Below are positions 43,616-52,877 of a DNA stretch of 64,000 bases, piece by piece; positions within the stretch are counted from its first letter, which is position 1, and every line of letters begins with the position of its first letter. Made by a program: the position numbers and the translations under genes. The DNA comes from a bacterium (GTDB taxonomy: Bacteria; RBG-13-61-14; DATKZS01): assembly GCA_963674965.2 (NCBI GenBank), contig CAXXFL010000006.1:768001-832000 (forward strand). Reading direction: 5' to 3'. The notes beneath the pieces were generated by a model that worked only from the letters and a program-made list of their open reading frames with translations, searched no databases and was not told the origin of the DNA.

Positions 43616-46600
43616 TTAAAGAGCACTTTCTGTTGGCATCCAATCACTGACATGGGATTGAGAGCTTGTTGGCCTCATCTCTTCAATTGCTTTTATTAAA
43701 TGTTTACTTTTAACGGACATGGACTGTTTGAAAGGCCCTTCAATTATGGCCTCCTTTATGCACAGGACACCAGCGCGTCTACAGATGAAAGCGATCTGGG
43801 CTCCGGAGAGACTGGGAGTTATAGTGGCCAGTTGCGTAAAATCAATGTCCTGGGAGATCTTCATGTTTCTGGTGTGATGTTCGAAAAGAGACTTGCGACC
43901 GGACTTATTTGGTAGGTCCATGTTTACGACCCTGTCGAACCTTCCGGGACGACGAAGCGCGGGATCTATGTCGTTGGGCCGGTTGGTTGTAGCGATCACG
44001 AATACTTGCCCTCGGCTTTCAATGCCATCGAGTAGCGTTAGCAATTGGGCAACAAAGGTTCGTTGGCTGGAATCTCCATTTCTGGTTCCGGCGATTCCGT
44101 CAAGTTCGTCGAAGAGAATGATGGATGGCTGAAGCTCACGGGCTCTTTTAAAGACAGCGCGCAACCTTCTCTCGGACTCACCGAACCATTTCGACAGGAG
44201 TTCCGGCCCCGCTACTATTTCGATATGCGCTTTACTCTCGCCAGCCACGGCCCTGGCCAAAAGAGTTTTACCTGTCCCCGGCGGTCCCGCGAGAATGATT
44301 CCTCCACCAGCGCCACTCACGCCCACCTGAGCGAACAGGTCCGCATGCGTTATCGGTAGCTCGACCATGTCTCGCACGGCCTCGACCGCTTCGTCCTGCC
44401 CGCGGACGTCCAAGTAAGATACAGTAGAGATATTTCGGAGTGGCGCAGCATGTGGCTGGCCATGTTCCATCGCGCCTTTTGCATCCGCTACGCCCACACG
44501 CCTCGCATCAGAAAACCCGAAGGGCAGTGGGTGCTTAACCGGCCATAGCCATGCGGGCGATCCGTCTTCCCTGCGATAAATAATTTTCCAGCCCTCGGCC
44601 TCTGCAGTGATAACTTCGGGCAGACAATCTATGTTTTGCGCTACGGCTTTACTATCATAGTTAGGACACAGCCGGTATAGCTCGTTTCTAGAGGCAGAAG
44701 CTTGTCGCTTGAGTTTCCTCTTGTCTATTTTCAGCATTCGGCCATCGAAGTTCCCGACCGTCCACCACAACTGCCGGGATTGGTACGAGTCAAGGGATTG
44801 TTTGACGGGCTTGATAAAGAGTTGATCACATCCCAATCGACAATTGTTAGCGCACGACTCTGAAGCCTCACGGATTTTCTTGCGGCGGCAACGGTCTACC
44901 TCTTCCAGTCGATTAATAAATGCTCCAAAGTCGATTGGCTTGACCGGTTCTCTCGAGATGCAGAACTCTGCGGACTTCCACCCCCGGACCATGCGGGTGA
45001 GGTTAGAGATTCTACGGGCGAGCTCGACCAGGTTACCAGATCCGATGGTAAGAGAGTACCAAACCTCGCGGTCCTTATCGTCCGTCTCGATCATGAGCGC
45101 GCCACTATCGGACAGAGATTTGAGGCGTTTCCTGGCGATGGGGAATGACGGCGAGGCGCTACGGGCGAATGATATGGTGACGGTTTTTTCAACTGCCTTC
45201 GGCAGGGATAATGGTTTGGTAGGAGCCTCTGAATGCGTTTGGCCGACTTCCTGATGAATGATGTTGGATTGATCTATGAGGTCACGGCTAACACAATTCC
45301 AGCCTCGTTTAATGTTCTCGGCCAGCCATTGGTCAGCGATCTTGTCTATCTTCTCCAACGTGGAGGCTATACGCAGGCTGGTTTTAAGCGGCTCCTTGCG
45401 AGCAGCAGAGTAATCGGTGAAGAAGGCGACGTATGGGGGATACAAATCGTCCGCACCATGCTTGTTGGTTTTCCAGGTAACTACTTTTCGAACGGTTGTC
45501 CCGGATTTTCCTTCCTTGGTGTAGACTTCGCGGCGAAGTGCTTCAGCAGGATCAAGTTGCGGTTGTTTGGTTTCTTCAAGATGGACATGGTCCGTCACCT
45601 GTCTCATCCCTGCCTCTGCTACGCTCACGGATTTGTCATGACGCATGCGCAGGAAGACAGCGTTTATCATGCTTATGCTGTTCGTTGGCCCTATGGGGGA
45701 CCAACCATCCTCGGAGTAATCCAACAGCATCCTGCGCACAGGACGGTCCTTGCTGTCAGATTTGATGATATCGTTACATTTTACCTCGACGACGATTTTC
45801 GGGCGTATCCAGCGATAAAGGACTCCCTGGTCGGTGGCCTTTCGGAAACTCGATTGGCAGGACATCTCAGAAAAACGTTCATGAAGGTCCATCTTCTCGA
45901 CTGCACTCATGCCAATAGATACTCTGCCGATCAGCCTAAAGCGATTGTCGTTCAGCACCAGGGCAAGGAGAAGTTCATGGACTCGACCTTGAGATTCAGC
46001 GTATCCGACTACCGCAGCATCGATGGTAATCTCAGGTTTGATCTTTAAAATCCCGCCGTTTTCTAATCGGAGTACGATTCCTTCCGCTCCACCTTGGGTC
46101 ACGGTCTGCTCGAACGCATAATCGACGGCATGGGGCGAATCGGCTGTTTTGAAATCAGCGGTGTGGATTTTGTCGCCGGTGTCGAATATTTCCTGTAACC
46201 TCTCAACCCGTTGAGGAAAGGGCCATGCCTGCGCATCCTTGTCATTATCCTGGATCAGGTCAAATGCGGCAAAACGCAACCGGTCGGTTTTGGCATGCTC
46301 TCCTGTCTTCAAAGCTGACATGATGTCGTAGACATGTGACCTGCCTGATTTGCTAGTTGTATAAAGCTCTCCAGCAACAAGCATTCTTTGATCACCCAAG
46401 CTCTCGGCAACTTCCTGAGTAATCGGGATGCCGGTAATCGCCCTGCCCGACGGCGACAGCAGGTGGACCTCTCCATCCCACGCATACAGGAACCAGCACT
46501 CGCCGTCTATCTTAGGTGACAGAATATGGCTGCCGGGCGGAATGGTCTGCAAGATGTTGTCCGGTGATACGCTCCGATAGCTGGAGGCCACGTTACGTTT

Positions 46601-46702
46601 GTACGCGGCCAATCGGGCTGCAAGAACAGTGTTCTCTATGGAGCCCTGAGGAGCAATGCGCCCTTGCCCAAATGGCTTCCAGCGGGACTGATCGACTATC
46701 AT
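43616..46702 (-). CDS. ATP-dependent DNA ligase fused to a WGR-like domain and a CDC48/p97-type AAA+ ATPase
   Basis: Ligase motifs I KIDG, III AGELY, IIIa AAFDLI, IV EGIVLR, V LKIKP and OB-fold (VVEVK, FLRMRHDK). AAA motifs GPPGTGKT, ILFDELD and TNRPNDIDPALRRPGRFDR. Confidence 0.88.
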   Translation of the reverse strand: MIVDQSRWKPFGQGRIAPQGSIENTVLAARLAAYKRNVASSYRSVSPDNILQTIPPGSHILSPKIDGECWFLYAWDGEVHLLSPSGRAITGIPITQEVAESLGDQRMLVAGELYTTSKSGRSHVYDIMSALKTGEHAKTDRLRFAAFDLIQDNDKDAQAWPFPQRVERLQEIFDTGDKIHTADFKTADSPHAVDYAFEQTVTQGGAEGIVLRLENGGILKIKPEITIDAAVVGYAESQGRVHELLLALVLNDNRFRLIGRVSIGMSAVEKMDLHERFSEMSCQSSFRKATDQGVLYRWIRPKIVVEVKCNDIIKSDSKDRPVRRMLLDYSEDGWSPIGPTNSISMINAVFLRMRHDKSVSVAEAGMRQVTDHVHLEETKQPQLDPAEALRREVYTKEGKSGTTVRKVVTWKTNKHGADDLYPPYVAFFTDYSAARKEPLKTSLRIASTLEKIDKIADQWLAENIKRGWNCVSRDLIDQSNIIHQEVGQTHSEAPTKPLSLPKAVEKTVTISFARSASPSFPIARKRLKSLSDSGALMIETDDKDREVWYSLTIGSGNLVELARRISNLTRMVRGWKSAEFCISREPVKPIDFGAFINRLEEVDRCRRKKIREASESCANNCRLGCDQLFIKPVKQSLDSYQSRQLWWTVGNFDGRMLKIDKRKLKRQASASRNELYRLCPNYDSKAVAQNIDCLPEVITAEAEGWKIIYRREDGSPAWLWPVKHPLPFGFSDARRVGVADAKGAMEHGQPHAAPLRNISTVSYLDVRGQDEAVEAVRDMVELPITHADLFAQVGVSGAGGGIILAGPPGTGKTLLARAVAGESKAHIEIVAGPELLSKWFGESERRLRAVFKRARELQPSIILFDELDGIAGTRNGDSSQRTFVAQLLTLLDGIESRGQVFVIATTNRPNDIDPALRRPGRFDRVVNMDLPNKSGRKSLFEHHTRNMKISQDIDFTQLATITPSLSGAQIAFICRRAGVLCIKEAIIEGPFKQSMSVKSKHLIKAIEEMRPTSSQSHVSDWMPTESAL

Positions 46703-47424
46703 AAAGCGATCTCCAGCGGGCGACGCAACTCAAAAGCTGCGAGATGCAAAACCAGCAGGTAGCTGTCGCTCTCTGTCCTGCCCTCGAGCAATCCCAGCAT
46801 GGGAGCGCCGTTTCGCTCAAGGATCAGAGGGCCCAGGCTGTCAGGTCCGGAGCCGATAATAGCCAGGCTATCTCGCTCTTCAAGGTAACCGGCAAGCGAA
46901 AATAAGAAGTCGAAGGTAAGGGCGTCAACGTGCCTGACCATGTACTTCCGCGTGAATGCAAAACGCCGGGCCGTAACATTACGAGGTAATAGCTTCCCGG
47001 ACCAGGGCCGAGGGTCGAGGAGGTTCGAGTGATAGGGCTTCGGTTCCCGTCGTTCACATTCCGAGCCATCAGGACCATAAACGACCTCCATGATTTTTGC
47101 CGCGTACAATGGCTCGCCTTGGCCATTCACGAATACCCTCCTGCACTGACCAGTCTCCTTGCCCACCGCCTCCATGTCTATTTCCGGGTCGCCCTCGATC
47201 AATGCATTGGCAAGAGCCTGTCCATCACCGAAACGATCAATCAAGGCTTCATGGTTGTTGGTCGTGCTGCTCTTCACAAGGCGGACATGGCGAATGGTCG
47301 ATCCGCTCATACTCTTGTACGTGATGTTTTTACCAAGACGACATGCTTCCAGCGCCACTACCGCATCCCTGCCCAGATGGTCTGTGATCCTGATCTTGCG
47401 CACGCTCACGAAAAACCTCTCCAC
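46699..47424 (-). CDS. Hypothetical protein, putative divergent Ku-like subunit 2
   Basis: 241 aa; ATGA overlap with the ligase gene. Residue pattern resembles the Ku core by eye only. Confidence 0.5.
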   Translation of the reverse strand: MERFFVSVRKIRITDHLGRDAVVALEACRLGKNITYKSMSGSTIRHVRLVKSSTTNNHEALIDRFGDGQALANALIEGDPEIDMEAVGKETGQCRRVFVNGQGEPLYAAKIMEVVYGPDGSECERREPKPYHSNLLDPRPWSGKLLPRNVTARRFAFTRKYMVRHVDALTFDFLFSLAGYLEERDSLAIIGSGPDSLGPLILERNGAPMLGLLEGRTESDSYLLVLHLAAFELRRPLEIAL

Positions 47425-48089
47425 GTTCTAAATCCCATATCAAAGAAATCCTGAGCGTCATCGTTTTCGTCATTATCGGCGAAGTTGATCATCTGCCCAC
47501 GCCGAGCATACTCGAATCGACATCGCTCACCTACGATCAGGAAAAATCCCTCAACTCCCTTGAGCAGGAATGCGGGATTGTCATAGTATGTTTTGCGCGG
47601 CCTGAACGATGTCCGATAAATTTCGCCAGCTTCGAGTGAGTCCTGCAATCCCGAGTCCAGCGTTTTCGCTTCCAGTAGATAAACCGCCGTGACGACATGC
47701 TCCAAAATCTCACTGTCCGGAACCGGGCCTGATATTTTCTGTGGCGCCCCGGGGGTGGCTGGAAATTCAGCTAATGAGTTTCCCACTTCATCACAAGCAA
47801 TGATTTCCTTCCGCTCGACATGGTCCCCTTCCTCATCCAGGTACATTTCCGCTGTACAGCCGTTGGGCATAAGGTGGAGGCCGTCATCGGTGAGCAATAC
47901 GGTGGAGCACTCTCTATCTTCATGGTCCAGAGCTATCCTCCGTTTATAGCCATGGAAACTTATTGGGTCGATTTTACGCACGATGAATTGCGAAAGCCTG
48001 CCATGAAAGAGGAGATCCAGAGTAGTGGGCTTTCCCGATCCCTTTTTCAAGCCATTACATTCCGAGATTTTTCTATTCATATGGCTCAT
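47406..48089 (-). CDS. Hypothetical protein, putative divergent Ku-like subunit 1
   Basis: 227 aa, overlaps the next gene; YLDEEGDHVERKEII and VPDSEI...VYLL...LQDSL patterns resemble Ku by eye only. Confidence 0.5.
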   Translation of the reverse strand: MSHMNRKISECNGLKKGSGKPTTLDLLFHGRLSQFIVRKIDPISFHGYKRRIALDHEDRECSTVLLTDDGLHLMPNGCTAEMYLDEEGDHVERKEIIACDEVGNSLAEFPATPGAPQKISGPVPDSEILEHVVTAVYLLEAKTLDSGLQDSLEAGEIYRTSFRPRKTYYDNPAFLLKGVEGFFLIVGERCRFEYARRGQMINFADNDENDDAQDFFDMGFRTWRGFS

Positions 48090-48158
48090 CAGCGGTCACC
48101 TTTTATTCGACCATGCCCATTGCCATGTACCTGAAGGAGAAAATTCGCATGTAAGCCA

Positions 48159-48578
48159 TCAAGTCCCGCATGAAGACTTCAGCAATTCCCACTGTCTCAG
48201 CTGTTGGGTCCAGTCCTCGGCCTGGATAATGTCACGCAACCTTCGTTCGCTAATGGCATCTTTTTTTCTGGTCGATTCCATGAATAAAATCTCCTCCTGG
48301 ATTTGCGGGGCCAATAGGAGCAGGTTCAGTATCTGGGTAAGACGGGCCCGTGTGAGACCGTGCCGCCGAGCCAGGCCAGCCCGGTTGCCGCATCCGCCAT
48401 GGTCAAGCTCCTTTTGCAGATGATGAGCCTGCGCCAGCAATACCGCAAGGGGAATCGGCTTCAAAGTGGGGGGTTCAGGTTTAACTGGAGGCTCGGCAGA
48501 CAATATAGTCTCCCGTCCCCGGCGGGCGCGAAAAATATAAGCGGTCATCGTTTTAATGGGTTGTTCGGATTCGATCAT
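48159..48578 (-). CDS. Recombinase-associated HTH protein
   Basis: LARRHGLTRARLTQILNLLLLAPQIQEEIL, typical downstream of DUF2924-recombinase pairs. Confidence 0.65.
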   Translation of the reverse strand: MIESEQPIKTMTAYIFRARRGRETILSAEPPVKPEPPTLKPIPLAVLLAQAHHLQKELDHGGCGNRAGLARRHGLTRARLTQILNLLLLAPQIQEEILFMESTRKKDAISERRLRDIIQAEDWTQQLRQWELLKSSCGT

Positions 48579-48602
48579 GGTATCCTCCAGCGCGTCTTTT
48601 TG

Positions 48603-50114
48603 TTAACATAAGGATGGCCCTGCGACCGAGTAATCGACAATTTTCATTTCCACCTTGCCACAAGGCTCGTCGATGATGATTTCACTTACAATTGCGCGCA
48701 GTAGTCGGCGCTTATTTTCAGATGTCAAGGCATCCCACACCGAGTCAAAGCGTCTCATAACACCAATCATCCACTCGACCTCTTCATTTTGCTTGTTCAG
48801 AGCAGCGATGTCCCGTTCCACTTGGCAAAGATTGTGGTCCATCTTCCCCAGTTCATCGTACAAGCAGCCGAGCTTGGCATCGAGATTTTTCCAATCATCC
48901 CCCTTTGCCTGCTCCATATTTTTAGCGATCTCGTGCCCTTTTGCCGCAAGTTCGCCGATCATCTTTGGCAGTCGTTGACGTTCCATGTTCCTTTCCTGAA
49001 GCCTGGCCGCATAATTCCGTCTAACGGATGACAATAAATCGTCAGGATTGTCGATCTCGGACGCGGCGTCCTTTACCCGATCAACCACATATTTCTCGAG
49101 TGATTCCGCGGGCAGTGGCCGTGCGGGGCAGGCGTCCCGGCCCTGTTTATCGCGGGTAAGGCAACGGTAATAGCGCCGCTTGTTTTTTCCTCGTTTGGCT
49201 GAGGCTGGAGTATAAGCGGCCCCGCAGGCAGCGCAACGCGTCAGTCCCTGCAGAAGATATTCATCTGTAGAAACCTGGCGGGTTCGGGTATTGTCACGAA
49301 TAAGTTTCTGAACGGTATGGAACTTTTCTCTGTCCACTATTAGGGCATGCTCGCCTTCATAGAGGTTGTTTCCGTAAGATATGTAGCCCGCATAAAGCGG
49401 ATTTTTCAGCATGCGCAGAACCGTGTGCTTGTTCCATTTGCGGTTACTGTCTATCTTTTCCAAATTGTCAGAGAGGCTTTGGAAAACCGCAAGCGGGGAT
49501 CGGCAATCGATATAGAGATCGAACACCCGCCGTACTACATCCGCCTCCGGTTCATTGACAATCAATTTTTTGTCCACAATCCTGAAGCCGAAGGGAACCT
49601 GCCCGCCGGTCCATTTCCCTTTTTTCCTGGCCGCTCCTATCTTGTCCCGAGTTCGCTCCGAGATAATCTCACGCTCGAATTCGGCGAAGCTCATCAGCAT
49701 GTTGAGGGTCAACCGGCCCATAGCGTCGGCGGTGGAGAAGTTCTGGGTCACGCTCACAAATGCAACATGGCGGCGGTTCAATTGATCTATAATTTTTGCG
49801 AAGTCCAAAAGCGACCTGGAGAGACGGTCAACCTTGTAAGTTACTATCACGTCGATTCCCCCGGCTTCCACGTCACCCATCAGCCGCTGAAACGAGGGAC
49901 GGTCAAGATTTGATCCGGTAAAGCCGCCGTCATCGTAGGTCGGAGAGATCGCTCGCCAGCCCAGTTGCGCCCGGTCGCGAATGTAATCCAAGCAAGCATC
50001 TTTCTGAGCGTCCAGTGAATTGAATTCCTGCTCCAGGCCCGCGGACGTCGATTTGCGGGTATAGATCGCGCAGCGGACGTCAGTTCCCTGGGAACGTTTG
50101 CTTACATTGTTCAT
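48603..50114 (-). CDS. Large serine recombinase
   Basis: CAIYTRKS catalytic motif, YKVDRLSRS, FAEFERE, Zn ribbon CAAC...YYRC, coiled coil. Likely start MNNVSK overlapping the DUF2924 stop. Confidence 0.93.
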   Translation of the reverse strand: MNNVSKRSQGTDVRCAIYTRKSTSAGLEQEFNSLDAQKDACLDYIRDRAQLGWRAISPTYDDGGFTGSNLDRPSFQRLMGDVEAGGIDVIVTYKVDRLSRSLLDFAKIIDQLNRRHVAFVSVTQNFSTADAMGRLTLNMLMSFAEFEREIISERTRDKIGAARKKGKWTGGQVPFGFRIVDKKLIVNEPEADVVRRVFDLYIDCRSPLAVFQSLSDNLEKIDSNRKWNKHTVLRMLKNPLYAGYISYGNNLYEGEHALIVDREKFHTVQKLIRDNTRTRQVSTDEYLLQGLTRCAACGAAYTPASAKRGKNKRRYYRCLTRDKQGRDACPARPLPAESLEKYVVDRVKDAASEIDNPDDLLSSVRRNYAARLQERNMERQRLPKMIGELAAKGHEIAKNMEQAKGDDWKNLDAKLGCLYDELGKMDHNLCQVERDIAALNKQNEEVEWMIGVMRRFDSVWDALTSENKRRLLRAIVSEIIIDEPCGKVEMKIVDYSVAGPSLC

Positions 50115-50635
50115 TGTTGACTTTCCTTTTTCCGGCGGTTTGCGCAGTGGAAAAACAGAAAGCCATTCCACTGGATGCCGGTGATCTCCCGCGCCACCTT
50201 TGAAAGGGTTCGATAATGCTTCCCCTTATACCCGAAACCGTCATCCAAGACTTGCACTTCGTAAACCTTGTCTTTATAGATTCGACGAAGGATACTGCCC
50301 GGTGGAGGTAAGCGAGCATCGCGTGGCCGGAATGTTTTTCCTGGTGAGCTCTTTGACCTCTTCTGTACGACCGGAAACGGCTCAGTCGCCAGTTCTTCAA
50401 TTCTTAGCTTGGCTTTTTCCGAAAGGCCCCGGATGGAAAGCTCCTGTATCCGGAAAGCCAGTCGCTTGCGAAGATAGGTTTTGTGGCTGCTGCGGGCCGG
50501 AAAACCGAATAGTTCGCTGAACCGCTCCTGTAGCTCACGGACGCTCATGTCGTTGAGCCTGGCCAAATCCGCCGCCAAGCTGAGTATCTGACGGTCAGGG
50601 GTGATTGTTTTATGGTCGCCTTTAATTTTTTGCAT
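50111..50635 (-). CDS. DUF2924 family protein
   Basis: LAFRIQE, PPGSILRR.Y and TLSKVAREITGIQWNGFLFF motifs. Confidence 0.85.
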   Translation of the reverse strand: MQKIKGDHKTITPDRQILSLAADLARLNDMSVRELQERFSELFGFPARSSHKTYLRKRLAFRIQELSIRGLSEKAKLRIEELATEPFPVVQKRSKSSPGKTFRPRDARLPPPGSILRRIYKDKVYEVQVLDDGFGYKGKHYRTLSKVAREITGIQWNGFLFFHCANRRKKESQQ

Positions 50636-51100
50636 CCGTTTTCTCCTTTGGCATGTTAACCGCTGGACACAATGAACGCTCTTAACTCCAGTTAAGTCAA
50701 GTTAATTCTCAAGCTGCGGGAAGTTTTTGAGGTGTGCTGTGTGGTAGTAGAGCAAGGGGACTCTGCCGACCCGTTTCTGCTTTGATAACAGGGTAGCTGG
50801 TTCGGCCAGGACAACCATCCTAAATCAGGATTCAAAAGTTCCATTTATATCCTCATCGGAGCCTCGGGTTCGGGAAAAAAGCCAAATCAATCGTCAGTAA
50901 AATGAGGCTCCTGAAGAATATATACCGGAAAAAAAGTGAAAGTGTCGGAAAAAGTTAAAAAATTTAGAAAATCTCTAGATCTTTGATCAACTATCATGCG
51001 AAGGTTTTTCTTTTCGGTGGGGCATGATCTGTTCTCATTATGGCAGGTTTGCGCATCGATTCATGTTACAAACACACGCGGGTCATTAAGTTATGCGCAA

Positions 51101-51985
51101 TTACACTGAAATCGTCTCTTTCTCTATGATTTCCCTGAATTCACTCAATAATTCTGGATAGTTCTTAAACAAATATTTCTTAACCTTGGAGTTGTCTAGT
51201 ATACGCTTTAAATACTTGCGGTATATGGCGACTTTAAGTGTGTTCTCGGCCAGCGAGTCGTCAAGCAGGCGATACTTTCGCTCCAATGTTTCCAGCTCTT
51301 TGCGCAACTTTGCCATATCAGCCAGTGTGGTCTCTTTCCCTTTTATTGGTTTGCCTGAATCAACCATTAGTTCCGGCGCAGTGGCCAAGACCTGTGCCTC
51401 CACGTACTTTGCGCTGAAATAGTTCAGCCGAACCAGCGTCTCAGCAATCTCTATCTGCCTAATGGGCTTGACTTTTTTTAATAGCTTGAGAGTCTTTACG
51501 GCAACCTGTTTATCTTTCAGCATATCCACCGCTTCCGGGCAGATGCCGTTCACTATATCCCTGCGCTCGCGAATCCTTTTTACGTCGACATTGAGAGTTC
51601 GGGCGAGTTCTTCCTCTGACAAGCCCTTGCTTAGAGCTTCCACGATCATCCTGTGCTCCTGGATGATGGCAAGGCGGTTGATGTAATAATTATAGCTGAA
51701 GTACTCCTCATCCTTCGCGACCAGGCACTTGGCTTCAGTCCAGCCAAGATCAGAAATCGCCTTATATCTAAGATGCCCGTCCAGAAGACAATAAAAGCCC
51801 TTGCGGCCTTTCTCGGGAAAGACCACGAGTGGCTCGACCAAGCCAACTTCTTTTATGGAGGCAAGAATGCTGTTGTATTTGTTGGAATGACTTGTCGAAA
51901 ACTTGATTGATTTGACGGGAAGTATTCTGTCCAAGGGAAGGACGACCATTTCGCCATTAAAAGCCCATTTGATTTTCTTGCTCAT
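51101..51985 (-). CDS. ParB-like protein with RepB-type C-terminus
   Basis: SIKEVGLVEPLVV, LLDGHLR and GICPEAVDMLKDK motifs. Confidence 0.85.
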   Translation of the reverse strand: MSKKIKWAFNGEMVVLPLDRILPVKSIKFSTSHSNKYNSILASIKEVGLVEPLVVFPEKGRKGFYCLLDGHLRYKAISDLGWTEAKCLVAKDEEYFSYNYYINRLAIIQEHRMIVEALSKGLSEEELARTLNVDVKRIRERRDIVNGICPEAVDMLKDKQVAVKTLKLLKKVKPIRQIEIAETLVRLNYFSAKYVEAQVLATAPELMVDSGKPIKGKETTLADMAKLRKELETLERKYRLLDDSLAENTLKVAIYRKYLKRILDNSKVKKYLFKNYPELLSEFREIIEKETISV

Positions 51986-52875
51986 CGCCCGTCAACCCTG
52001 AGGGCTCCATCCGATAGTATGCGCGGCATGTCCTGCAAACCTTCGGCACGCAATAGATTGATAAAATTTTCATCGCCAAGCAGTCGCCGAAAAGCGGCCT
52101 CGATTATCGAGCGGCGGTAGTCAGCCAGTTCAGACTTCTTCACCTGCAGCTTCTGGATTTCGGCCTGCTTTTGATACTCCCTTAGCAGACCAGTTTTGCC
52201 GCCCCCTTTACCGTGAGGATGCTTATGCTTGGTTTTTCCCATCAGCATGCGCTTCTCCGCTATACGCCGCGTCATCCTCAGTTCCTTGCCTTTCAACTCA
52301 CCGTTCTCATAAGCTTCGGTTAGCCAACTCTGCAACTGTGAGTCGTCCAGTTTCATTATTTCCAAAGCAGCGCTGATAGGTATGCGCCCGGAAGCGACCG
52401 CCTCTACCAAACGCTCTTCTCCCTCCTCCAACAACTTCAATATGCTTCTAATATAATTTTCAGTCAACCCAGTTTTATTGGCGATCTCAAGATAACTGTA
52501 TCCGCGGTCCTTCTGCAACAGAAGATTTCCGATCAATTCATAATAACTGCTATGACGACGCGCCAGGTTCTCCACCAGGCTCATCTGCAGACTCCGTTTC
52601 TTGGAAGCATCGATCACGATCGCGGGAATTTCCTTTTCGCCAAGCTCGACAAATGCCTCCAGACGCCCCTGCCCGCACACCAGATCAAATCCCGATTCCT
52701 CGGTTTCACCGGGTTTTCTGCGGCTCACTATTATCGGCCTCTTGATGCCGATCTGGGGCATGCTGCGGACGATCCGGTGGAACTTATTTTTATCCCGAAC
52801 GCGAGGATTGATAACCCGGATCTGTTCGATGGGAATAACCGCGATTGTAAGATCTTCCTGCTTCTTTTTAGCCAT
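51982..52875 (-). CDS. ParB/RepB/Spo0J-like protein
   Basis: IGIKRPIIV, LVCGQGRLEAF and SLVENLARR motifs. Confidence 0.88.
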   Translation of the reverse strand: MAKKKQEDLTIAVIPIEQIRVINPRVRDKNKFHRIVRSMPQIGIKRPIIVSRRKPGETEESGFDLVCGQGRLEAFVELGEKEIPAIVIDASKKRSLQMSLVENLARRHSSYYELIGNLLLQKDRGYSYLEIANKTGLTENYIRSILKLLEEGEERLVEAVASGRIPISAALEIMKLDDSQLQSWLTEAYENGELKGKELRMTRRIAEKRMLMGKTKHKHPHGKGGGKTGLLREYQKQAEIQKLQVKKSELADYRRSIIEAAFRRLLGDENFINLLRAEGLQDMPRILSDGALRVDGR

Positions 52876-52877
52876 GA

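Noticed and set aside
43616-46702. Calling this gene ligD, ftsH or cdc48
   Set aside because: No polymerase or phosphoesterase domain, no transmembrane or protease region, and only one AAA module.
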